From: Vicugna vicugna
Lineage: Eukaryota
Assembly: GCA_013265495.1 (NCBI GenBank)
Contig: MU058781.1
Coordinates: 7,979,009 to 8,043,008 of the forward strand
Direction: 5' to 3'
Length of the DNA stretch: 64,000 nt
The translations under genes were made by a program, and so were the position numbers. Below are positions 1 to 12,107 of this stretch, piece by piece; within the stretch, counting starts at the first letter, position 1, and each line of letters starts with the position of its first letter. The notes beneath the pieces were generated by a model, which saw only the letters and a list, made by a program, of their open reading frames with translations, had not been told where the DNA came from and did no database searches.

Positions 1-3000
1 TTCCTTGACAGAAAGGAGAAAAATATAATAGGTAGACAGACAGACAGACAGACAGACATAATGTTCCCTCTATATTTAAGCCCTCAAAAGCTTAAAATTC
101 CCTAAAATCTTCCTTGACAGAAAGGAGAAAAATATTTATAAGTGGTCTCTATTTTCATAGGAAGTGACCACAGTGTCCATTTGATATTCTTCTCAGCTGT
201 GCAACATCTGAATCTCCTTCTTAGAAATGAGAGCTTTCACTAAAATGAATCTTTGCAGGAGGTGGAGCCCATCTCCTCCTACACAACAAGCCCATTTTTC
301 TATGACCTCCACCAAACTGGCTGCCATTCATGGACACACGACCTAGTCTCAGCCCATCAGACGCCACCACCCGAGACACCAGGCCCAGCAGCCATGATGG
401 AAAGACGCCTAGATGCCAATAGTGTCCCGTGACCACAGCAGCAGCAAAGGCAGCGTCAGTTGGAGACTGCACTGTCCCTCAGGGGTAGCAGCATTGTCCA
501 CAGCAGGACACTTCATTTATTTCTGCCCAATGACCAGGCATAGCTATCAGCTTTCCTGGAAATTCTGTGAGATAACCAATCTATTCTTTCATTTTCTTTT
601 TCTGGTATTTCTTTTCCTTTCCTGTTAAGATTTATCAATGCCATATATGTGCAGAGTTTATAAATTAAACAGACATGAAAGATTTATGAAGGAAAACAGC
701 TATCCCTGGCTTGCTCTCTCAGTCCCTCCCCACCTCCAGCCACGCACCCGAGAGACATCATTTTAATTTCTTTGCCTATTTTTTCTGGAGTTTATCTCCA
801 CGTTCCTCACAGCATACCCCGCTAGTCCTTGATTATCAGTGTCAGGCATCATCCATTGACGTACTCTTACGCTGGATAAGGAGTGAGAGCCTCTTCCCTT
901 CTCCTCCTCACCCGGTCTCCCATACACAGTCGCAGGACAATTTTATTTAACCCAGCAAAGAGTATTCGCATTATAAGGTCTAGAGAAAGGCTATGAAGTA
1001 CATTCTATGATCTTTCTTCTACACTATCACATTTCATCACACATTTTTAGAATTGCATAGTCTCCTACATTCAATCACTGATTTTTTCCCAAATGTTTCG
1101 ATTGTACACGAATTTCAGTTGTTTTTTTTTTAAGTACATTCTCATATCAGATAATTTCCTCTTGCCTTTTTTTTCCCCCTGAGGATTTGATGTTTACTTG
1201 GCTGCTGTGTTTCCAGTTGGAAGCTTCATTCTGATGTTTGCAGGTCCTCGGCTAGCTGTTCACAGGGTGAGGGCCTAAAGCCAATGGGAAATCCAGGGCA
1301 CAGGGGAGGGTCCAAACCCTTGTCGGTTTCTGTCTAGAGTGAACGGGGGGAAGGTCTACTGACTACCGGTGAACTCCTAAGCTCGTGAAAATTCTCTTCT
1401 CGAGGGTAGGATCCACCAATCTCCTTCATCGGCGTAAAATCCTGGCTCCTGACCCTCTGGGGTGGGGGGGGAAGCAAGCACCCTACACGAATAGAAAGGT
1501 GGGTAGTTCCTACAGCCTGAATCAGGCCAAGGTGGAGAGTCAGGGAAGCGAGGAGAGGAGGGCATAAATACTAGACCAGTTAGTGTCCATCAGGGCTTAG
1601 AAAAGTAATGTGACAGACACATCAATTTCTGTACTTAACTGAAGAGTATTGCTTCTATTAAAAATATATCATACCTTACAAATGTCTTTGTTAAGTCTGG
1701 CATTGCAAAAAAACTTGTGGCTTCTCCAGTGTTTTTGTTGAAGTAATGGGAAATAATGGATTCTGGAGTCTACAGACATGGCATTGAACCCCGGTCTCAG
1801 TACTCCCCAAGTGCAGCTTATAGATAAGTTCCTGCTCTGCAGGAAAACTAATGCCCCGGGAACTGCTGCTAAGCTCCTTCAGAGGGATTTGCAAAAGGAA
1901 GGGGAAAACTTTCCAGATGCTCCAGAGCTTCAGAAAGCAGTAAGGAAATGTACACAATGCCTTGCCAGGGAAACCGGACAGCAGGTAAAAGTCTAAAAGG
2001 ATCTCCAGGAAAGATTCCAACCAGGATGACCCATGAACCCAGGAAGCAAATTAGAATCTCTGCTTTTAATTTGGGCAAGAAGACTCTTCCAGAGTTTGCC
2101 AGTGCTGGCCTCCAAAATCATCGCCATCTTTCAATCTATTCTTGGATCCAAGACTGGCCTTAATAGTAGATGGCGTCAGTGGTCAAGTATGAGTTTTTGA
2201 GAGCCCTGGAAATTCCCCTACCACTTGTAACTGCAGCTCTGTCACTGGAAATCCCTCTGTTTGAACTCATATCTCCAAGAGCCCGCAATAAAACTTTAAT
2301 GCTATTTACAGGGCTATCTAATGTTGGTACTGGCTAACGCTCAGAGGAGATTGCCCTCCACTGGTGCATTACGAAGAGGAAAAAGTTAAAACAAGTCTCA
2401 GAGCTGACTGAGAGCCAGAAGAAGAAAATGCGCCAAAGGAAACACAGGAGGATGGATGGTCAAGATAACCTCGTATCTCCGTCTTCACAACACTCCCCAG
2501 AGACGGCTGTCCCCAGCCTCCTCCTAAAGCATAAAAAGTAGACGGGGTTCACTTCTCCCAGGTACGTTTCCTTGCAGCTTTGCCTGTGGATAACTTGCTC
2601 CACAATGACTCCATTTCCCTGACAAACTATCCGGCAGCCCTGCTGTTACCACTCACCTCGCAGCGGAAATAGCTGGGCCACAAAGAAACCCCTGCCTAAA
2701 ATCGCAGGGCTCATCAGAGGCAGGAACCACTGCAAAATTCCCAGTCTGCCAAGCACAGGCACAGGGTCGGGAGAACCTTCCAGTTCTATCACTAGCCTTT
2801 GCTTTTCAGCTCTCTTTCTGGGCACACTGGTTTACAGAGTGTGTGCGTGCACAGAAGAGTACAGGAAGTCATCTTTTTTTTTCTCCATGATAAGCAGAAA
2901 CAGTCATGCCTACATCAATACAAAGTAACTACAGCACACATTTTTTCCCCACTCTTGGGATTTGCCCTTAGAAACAGTCATCTACTAATAGCAGGTGAAT

Positions 3001-4560
3001 AATTTTTTTGAATAGACTGGCACAGACAGTCTTTGACTCTCTGGAACTGACTGTATTTTCTTTGGTTAAGGACCAAACGGAAAACTGTGCTTGGTTTCTG
3101 AGACACAGGAGCTCTATTTTGAGAAGGAATCAAACACTAAGAGACGTAACAAGTGTTCTACGGCAAACCTGAGTCAGATAAGCCTTTTCTCAAATCCCCA
3201 ATTTCAGCCAAAAATAAACTTCTCTGAGGTTTAAGTCAGCATGAGATGTGTGAGGTACCTCTTCGTTCCAGCATCCCCGATGCTTGACGAGGCAAAAGAA
3301 AGACGACTAAGTGTGCAGCTGCTTCTCAGAGGAGAGTCATGGAAATCAGAAGAATAGAAGATGACATGTGTGGAGAAAGGTGAAGGAATTAGGATTCTTA
3401 TGTCAGAAAAAAAATCAGTGTAAATGGGAATTTTAGGTTCCTCATATATGAAAACAACAATTCTGACAACAAAAACAGTAATTACATCAGCAACAAGCCT
3501 TTCATGATTAGAGAAAAACACCAAGGGGCACACAGGGCACAGAGCATTCTGAAGGCCCGGGAAGCAGCTCAGAGCAGCAGGGAGAGGCCACGTGGAGGCC
3601 CAGGGTAGCGAGACCACGGTCTAGAATAGAAGGATTGTTAGCTCGGCTTGGGCACTTAAAAAAAAAGCCAGTGGGGGTGAATTCATCTTTGAGTATGTAA
3701 GGGATAAAGAGCTGCAAGATGCCATCTGATTTTCTGTAATAAGAGCAGACCACAAATAAGGGCAGAACACAAATACATCTGAATTGCTGGCACTGTAACA
3801 AAATGATGCCATGAGGGATGTGCAGCTGGAAGTTAATCAGAACTCTTCATGTCTCTCCTCAGCCAAGGTGCTGATGCCCTTTAGGTATCAGACACCCTAA
3901 AGAATAGGAAACAGCCCCCCACATGCAGAGTTTACAAAAGCAATTTCTGAAAATTGGTCCTGTAACTCCTGAGCCCCATCACTTACTGTGAAAATATGAA
4001 AGGATGGACAGAGAGAGAAATAGTGAAGAGACTTGGTAGACGAGGTCTGCCCACCCAAGAAGGGTGGAGATTCCTGACTCCTCTGTGATCTCAGCCCAGA
4101 CAGGGGGCTTCCAGGGGACCATTTGAAGATCTGGGAATGGATTTCTCTCAGTCACAAGACACAGAGGATTGGCTCCCACCTTATAGCTGAGAAAACTGAA
4201 ACAGTCCAAGGAGGGAGGATGGGGGGGGGTGTGATACTGGGATTGTCCTGTGTTCCCTAGTAAGGACATGTAGATTCTCCCTGTGGAGCAGATGTGAACT
4301 AAACGGCTTTGCAGCGGACCCTGTGCACTAGGAGCAAGATGCTGGAGATTAAAGCCATCAGAACGACATTTTGACTTCCATTTGGTTATGAAGATGGAAG
4401 GAAAGACATCTCGGCTCTAAAAACTAAGACAACATTGGAAGATTTAAGTAAGACTTTAAAAGAGAAGGAAATCACTTGATTGTTCTTAGATTGGTTCAGA
4501 GCAAAGCAAGGTGAGGAAAAATTCAGTTACAAACTTTAATGTATGGTGCTATACCACTGA

Positions 4561-4740
4561 TGGAAAGAAATTAAGAGTTTTGAGGCAAAACCAGCTGTCA
4601 GACAGGTAGAAAATATGATACAGCCGTTGAGAAAAGAGAAGGCTCCTGGAACAGATGGGCGCACCTCTGAGCTTTATAAAGCATTAACTGGCTGTTTAAA
4701 TAAGTCCTTAGCAGATGTTTTCAATGTAATTTTGGAGGTG
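4561..4740 (+). mobile_element. Ancient non-LTR retrotransposon ORF2 fossil (pre-RT linker/RT start; L1/Tx1-like)
   Basis: Translation WKEIKSFEAKPAVRQVENMIQPLRKEKAPGTDGRTSELYKALTGCLNKSLADVFNVILE fits the 'I..L...KAPG.DG...E.YK.....L...L..VFN' motif of APE-type LINE ORF2. Confidence 0.6.
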
Positions 4741-5158
4741 AAATGGAAAAAAACAAAGTCCAAGGCACAAGGGGAATTGATATCACAAATAAGAGACATT
4801 CTTGCATTCAGAGTGCAAGTTATTGTCAAAAGTTTTTCTTCTTGTAAAATTGGAGCACATTACAAAATTCTGCAATTAAAATAATGCATATTGCATTATT
4901 AGCCTGTAAATGAAGGAAAGAGGCATATTTAAAGGAAAAGATAGTTGACCTACATGATACGTACAGCTATTTACCAAAGACCAAAAAGGTGAGTAAGCCT
5001 CCATACCTGCATTGCTACTTGTAAGAGGGCTGTCTTTGTAATGGTACCTTGTTTATAACGAATAGATTCATTAGGAAGGAGATAAATCACAAAAGGGAAA
5101 GGCAAAAATGCTCAAAGATCTGTGTCGAATGTATTGATACTCATTACTATGTTAAGAA

Positions 5159-5161
<3 letters not shown>

Positions 5162-5227
<66 letters not shown>
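5162..5227. repeat. Compound microsatellite (GT)n(GA)n
   Basis: About 15 GT units followed directly by about 14 GA units. Confidence 0.97.
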
Positions 5228-5304
5228 TGATTATATTGCTTAGAAAATTCAAAGGGGCAATGAGTTTTCTTGTAAGATGACTCACATACATACATACCTA
5301 GTTA

Positions 5305-5412
5305 AGTAGATCAGCAAATGTTTATCAAGTGCCTCTGCATGCCAGGGAGTGAACTGGATGATGCACAAGGCAGAAAAATAACACCTGGTCCCTGCTCTCG
5401 AGGAGCTGACCT
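5305..5412 (-). mobile_element. L2 3' end fragment
   Basis: cagcaaatgtttatcaagtgcc...ccctgctctcgaggagctgac, typical antisense L2 tail. Confidence 0.55.
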
Positions 5413-5887
5413 TCCTTGCTGGCTACCCTCACCACTGCTAGAACCTCTTGTTACCTGACTTTCCCTACAAATGCTACATATACCCACATCTCTCACCATC
5501 CACCTGTAGGGATGGTGGGAGGGGAGCTAAAGAGATAAAGTGGAGGCATCTATGAAGACTTGGACTGCACTCAAGTGATGGGCTGCAGAGGAAAGTGTGT
5601 GAGATCATCATTCCAATAAGATGGAGACCCATGGATCTAACCCCGCAGCCCATTCACTTCAACACCATGACGACATGACATCATTTAAGGTGGAAGGAGA
5701 GAAGGCATGGGAGAGGGGAGGGAAGGTAGCATCCATGGCTGTAAAATCTAGGTATATGTATTGAGAAATAATGTGGAACAATCCAGGGATGATTTCATGG
5801 AAGTGTAAGGAGGAAAGAAAGGACTAACTTATTTAAATTATCATTTTTGGCAGAATTCTTATCAAAGGGTGATTAAATCCAACATCA

Positions 5888-6112
5888 TGGTTTAGAGCAT
5901 GGGTTTTTGCCTTTAAATAACCCAGGACTAGAGCCATGACTTTGCCATTCACTAGATGGATAACTTCTAAGGTTCATTTTCCTCATCTGCAAAATGGGAA
6001 TAAAAACAGTACCTACAAAGGGTTGCTATAAAAATTAAATCAGATAATGCACACAAAGTACATTTAGCACAGTACGTGGTATGTACAAGAACTCAACAAA
6101 TATTTTTTATTA
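5888..6112 (+). mobile_element. MIR SINE
   Basis: Core ttcctcatctgcaaaatgggaataaaaacagtacct...agataatgcacacaaagtacatttagcacagtacgtgg. Confidence 0.8.
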
Positions 6113-9100
6113 TTAAGATTACCAGAGCATCTTGTTTGCACGGCCCTGCGGAATTTATCATTGATGCATTCAACAAGAGGTTCCTGAGATCTGTTACGTG
6201 GCACTCACTGTGCTCGGGATACAACAGAGGGTAAGACAGCCTGGTTCCTATCCTCCCAGAGCTCAAAGTTTGGGAGAAGAATTACTCCAGAAATGTGATG
6301 TCATTGGCCACGTTCTTAGCATCAGAAAATTTCAGAAGAATCCTTGTGAGACTCATGATGGGTCAAATAACTCTTACAAAATAAATAAGAAGATCTTCCC
6401 TATAGGAAAACTAGAAGGAAAAAAAATGAGCCAGAAAAATACGAGCCTGGGATCGGATGGAACACCTACCTGACGAGGGGTCGTCTGACCACAAGCCTTG
6501 CTGTTCCCCACTGAGACCCATTCGATGGCTGCCCTCCTCTTTTCCTTCACTGCCACTATTCTAGTTCCCTTCTGAGCATCTCTGGCAGGTACGAGACTCC
6601 TTGGTGAGTGTCTGACATCTGGGTTCAGTCCCCACTAATCATTTCTCAAAACTCTCCCAACAGTCTTTCACATTATTTCAGATGAGCTCATTCCCCTGTT
6701 TAAAACTCCCTGACACCTTCCCGTTGTCCGCAGGGTAGAAGCCAGTGGCTTTTCAAGACAATCAAAGCTGTTCATGAACAGGACCCTTCTTATATGTCAG
6801 ATCTTGCTAGTTCCTCTGCCGAAATTGTTATCCTGTCTTCATGACTTAAAGGTTCCAAAAGGATCATATTATCTCTCACTTCTGTTTTTCTACATGCTGG
6901 CCCCTCTGCCCAGCATGCCTTGTCCCTCTGTAGGACTCCTGTAATATCATCAGGGCTCCTCAGACCTTGATTCCAGGAATCTTAATGGTTTGTCACATTT
7001 GGTTTGGTTTTGTGTCCATCTCTCCACTGACCTGCCAGCTCCTTGTGAGCAACTTGTCTTATATTTTGGTATCCCATCATCTGTAATATTACATAACTCA
7101 AAATACATGCTCGACGGACAAGTACCTATGCTTATTCTACTTGATATTCACAGAGACTGTGCCTTTTAGAAATTACATGAGATTCGTAGGGCTGTCTGCG
7201 ACTTCTGTTCCGCTGCCAAATGATAAAACCAAAGTTAAGAAACACTCAACAACATGTTGTTATTTAAATTCTTGCATTGTCTTCCCATTCTCTCTTCTTT
7301 CTCAAGTTCCGTGTGACCTCTGAGTATAAAGATATGAAGCAAAGAAAACTGATTGAATAACAAAATAATGCAGAAAGAAAGCAGAAGAAGGTGTTTTCAG
7401 ATGTAAGCCAAAACTGAGTCTAACTCATGACTCTCTGCTAGTCATCACTCAAAAAATCTACTCCCAAAGAGTAATTTTCTGCATTGTTTGCCATCCTCAA
7501 ACCAAACCAAAATTCTTGCATGCTTTCTAATCTATTTGCTCTTTAAACTTTGATTCTTCTGATATTTATAATCAACTTTAAATTTCCAAAATGTCATTAA
7601 GCATTACATTGAGTTATGTAGCAAACCTACATTTCAGGTAGGACACTGCCTATAGGACTCACACTTGGGGATGCTTGGGTAATCCAAACAGGGAAACAAT
7701 ATTGCTTTAAGCCACATCAGCTCTCAACGGTGTCACTGGTCGCGGGGAGAGAGGCAAACTCACAAGCAGCATTGTGGGAGTTAATGAATGGTTGACCAGA
7801 TGGTGCCTGTCAAAAGGTGTTGACTCTTCAGACAACCGGGACTGTTTCCTGGGAGTAATGAGAGGTGCAGCAGAAACGGGTTGCATCTCAATCACGCAGA
7901 AGCAGAGAGGCTCCTTGTTAATGAAGATGATCACATAGCCAAGCATATTTTTCCTCATATGATTTTGTTTATTTTACATGAGAGACATGGAGGAGGGCCT
8001 AGCTGAAAATATACTATTCTCGGTAAGATATGCTACGGAGTAAATATGAAAAGCTATATATAAACTGCACACTAGTATTTTTAATTAGGAAATGTCAACT
8101 AGAAAGAGGAAAAACTCCGTGAAAGAATAGTAAACTAGCCTAGAATTACTAAGGGTATTTCAATTACTATACCATCAACTGCTTAGAGAGAAATAATAGT
8201 TGAAATACCGTAATCGGCAGATGTTCTAGAAAGACATTCAAACGGGTGGAGCCCACTCAGGTCGTGCTGGCACTTTTGACTTTCCAACATAACACACTGA
8301 AATAAACCACTCTTCCCAGGTTGACCATTTTCATTTGTTGCTTTACTCAGCTGGAGAAGTTTTCCTATTACATGCTCAGTGATGTCTTTGATGGGTAAAC
8401 CCTGGCACTCAATACTAACAGTTTAGCAGATATAATCAGTCAAAAACTTCATTGACTTTTTGTTGTTATCAGAGAATGTTACCTGAACATACCTCTGTCA
8501 ACGGTGTTGTGTTGCTGTCAGAATATTGCCCAAAATCAACTAAATAAATGCCGTCACCAAAATCTCGGTGGGCAGTTGGATCTCCGTGAAGAAGTCAACA
8601 GATTGGATGATCCACTTCTTGTCAGCTGTGTGACCTCAGACAAGTTGTTTAACCTCTTCTTGCCTTGGTCTTCTGGTTGTAGTCAAGAGTATGTGAAATG
8701 AATGAAAAGAACTTGACATAGAAGCTGGCCTGAAATCAGAGCTTAATTGCTTAACTGCTTCTCTTTCCTGACTACAAAGAGCACTCAGTCAAGCTCATTC
8801 ATTCAGTTCATTCTTTTTGTTCCTTCTCCTTGATTACAAACTCTGGGTTTGTCTCTACCTTTGCATCATCCTGAAAAACCTTCTAGAACTTCACAGACGT
8901 ATCCAGAGATCTGCCTTGTTTGTTACCTAACAAAGGAAGCAGTGACTATCTGAGGACGATATGGAAATACTGAATATCATACTACCATTTTTTGCAATTA
9001 GAGTCAGCAGGGGTCAGTGTAGTGAGTTTTTCCTTTACAATGTCGTCTATGCTGGGCATTAAGCATTTCCTGGGGGCAGGGATTTCTTGCAGAGAGTTTA

Positions 9101-11812
9101 AACAATGCAGTCAGCAGAAATAAGTAAAGTTCCATATTCTTAGCACTGACCAAAATACGGGTTATTTCTTTCTCTTTTAAATGTGATTTAAAAAAAAATC
9201 TGTTGGTTGTGAGATGTGCATCAGATATGTAATTCGTAGACACATTTCTCATTACATGGGGTTAGGCACGCATTCAGCATCCATCTCTTCCTGCATGAGA
9301 GATTTCACTAACTATCAAGATGTGGAACCGGTTGTGTTGGCCAGAATAACAACGACATATTTTTATTTCCAACAGACTTAATAATGAAATAGAATAACAG
9401 AATGAGAAAGATTTTGACAGTGTCCATGTGTGTTCTAAGAGAAAAGGAAGGCAAAGAGAATACTGAGCTCCGAAGAGAATGTTCGCCAACCTGGTATATG
9501 AGGGGCAGTGACTACCAGGTAACCATGGGCTTGAAAAAGTCATTATATCGATCTCGGAAAAGTCTCCAACTTTTAACACTTACCTAAATTCCAACTCAAG
9601 ACATTTAACCATGAGGCAAATGTCCTTAATGCTAATTCTGAGAGATTAGAATGCTTCTGAAACTATTGTCGGGTTGAGTTGAGTCAATGCTTTTGCAGAC
9701 CTGTGGACAGCACTCCTAACAGTAAAAGCAACACTATTTCTACGTATTTGTCTCACATCACTCTTCTCTCAGTACCATCCTTTTCTCTGTCTCACCGGCG
9801 TTCTTGGTGAGACAAGCATTAAGACCCAAGGACACTCAGCACTCCTGATTATTTCACATGGAGAGTAATGAATGCATAATCGCAAATCAGTTGGCCTCCT
9901 AACTCTAACCCATTAGATTTGTCACATATCCATTAGCACCATTTACAGAAATAGAAGTGCTTCCCTCACAAACATCTGCAGACCACCTATGTCTAGTTAC
10001 TTACAATGATTATGTGCACATTGCATGCAAGATGACCATCACAAACACACCCCATAAAACCAAGATATACATGTGTCAAAGGGAAGTTGAATCTTAACAC
10101 AACTTTCCTCCCTAGGGATCCGTGATTTCCACATTTCAAGTTCCAGACCAGGGTTAGCTCCATCTTGAATCCTAACTGCCTGTTAAGGAAACAGCTTTTT
10201 TCCATTGGGCTAAACAAGACAGAGAACTGAGACAATGCTCTGGATCATCTAGGCCAAAATCAATGTTAGCTTCGTATATTTGTGCTGGATAGTATTTTTG
10301 CCTCATTTCTCTTTTTCACTTTGCATTTACTGACCCAATCAAAGAAGAGTTAAACACTGATGAGATTAGAGATACCAATGTCAGCTAGGGTATTACCACT
10401 ACAGGCTGTGAGAAGACTTGCAAATTATCTAGTGTGTATCATTCATCATGGCTCATCCAATGAGGCTGAGCAACTTAAACACTGGACTTTCTGGTCTTCC
10501 GCCCACCATGGGAGAGCCACTTATACTTAGGTCAAGTAAATGTCTAACTTCTAAGTCCAGTGGCCCAGTCACCATGTCCTCATCCCCATCCCTGAAATTT
10601 TTGCCTAAGAATTCCTAAAATTCCTTTCACATGGGGCAAAGCTTTTCATTTTGAAATGTTACCAGGAAGAAGCACTAGAAGAAAAACATGTGTACACATT
10701 TTTATATTAAGGTATGGATAGACTTACATGGGGTACCTCCTCCCTTAGTCTTAGTCTTGCAGCCTCCCCTGGATTTGACTGTCTGGTTTCTGGTTGTCCA
10801 ACCTGAGACACTCCTTTCAAGGTGACTGGCTCTCACTTAAATCCAGTAGGTCCCTGATCTTTCCAAGTCAATACTACCTTATAACCATACAGCCATCCAG
10901 ATCTTCCACCTAAGACTTCACACAAACGTAATAATAGAGAGTGTTTCCCCTATAGACCTGAATATTGTGTTCTTTTCTGAGGAAAGCACGAGGTACCAAC
11001 AGGAGGAAGAATGAGGTGGATACCATTGCAGGCACACAGGCTGAAGGAAGAGTAGGCTGGGGTGATAGATGTCAGTCCCCTTCCCCGTTCTCTATTAAGA
11101 TCCTGCTCATTTCTGAAGGCTCAACACAGATTCTTCCTCACCACAGAGCTTTTTCTGTCTCCATGAAGTCCCAATTTACCCATCTTCTAATCTTGTAACA
11201 TTTTGTTTATACGTTTATCATTGCCCTAAAATTATGCTGTCTCGTAGTATAATTAGTTGTTTGCTGTCCTCCACCCCAAGTAAAGTAAGTGCTCCTTTGA
11301 GCAAGGACGCTGCCTTATCTCACGTACCGCTGGAGGCTTGTTAGAGACAGTAACAATAGTAATAATACTAACAGTGATGGCCGCCGTATACTGAGTGCTT
11401 ACCTTTGAGTGCCCCAGCCACCAAGCCTTGACATGAGGATTGTCAGTCCTTTTTTACAGAGGTAAGAACCAAGGTTTTAAACAGTTACAACAACTTCTCC
11501 AAAGTCACGTAACCAGTATATGGCTTCAGTCCCACATCTGACTAATTCCCAGAGGATGTGGTTTGTTCTTTCCAGTGACCACTAAATAAGTGTTTACTGA
11601 AAAAATAAGGATAGTAAAATTTCACCTGTTTCCCAGTTTTGCTCTGTAAATGGCCGAAAGGAAATCAACAGGCAGAAGAGGTTACTTGTTGTTTTTACTA
11701 CCTGACGTGGCCCTGCCTAAGTGAGCCCCACTTCACAGGCTTGTGTTTCCAAGATGCCCAAACATAAAACGGATGAATATTAAGAATATGAAAATAAAGA
11801 TGAGACTATAAG

Positions 11813-12107
11813 AATGGGTAAAGGTGATCAACGTGCATAAACTTCCAGTTATAAGTAAGTCCTGGGGATGTAATGTACAGTATAGTGACTACAGTTAACA
11901 ATTACATATTTGAAAGTTGCTAAGAGAATAGATCTTAAAAGCTCTCATCACCAGGAAGAAATAAAATGTAACTATGGGTGGTGATGGATGTTAACTAGAT
12001 TTATTGTGGTAATCATTTTGCAATATATAAATGTCAAATCATTATGTTGTAGACCTAAAACCAATACAAGGTTATATATCAATTATATCTCAATAAAAAA
12101 GAATAAA
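11813..12107 (+). mobile_element. L1 3' end (L1MA9-like), 5'-truncated
   Basis: ttgaaagttgctaagagaatagatcttaaaagctctcatcac...caattatatctcaataaaaaaa tail. Confidence 0.85.

Noticed and set aside
3231..3801. 128-aa and 97-aa minus-strand ORFs as genes
   Set aside because: Non-ATG starts and hydrophobic composition typical of the antisense of A-rich LINE-like DNA; no recognisable protein.
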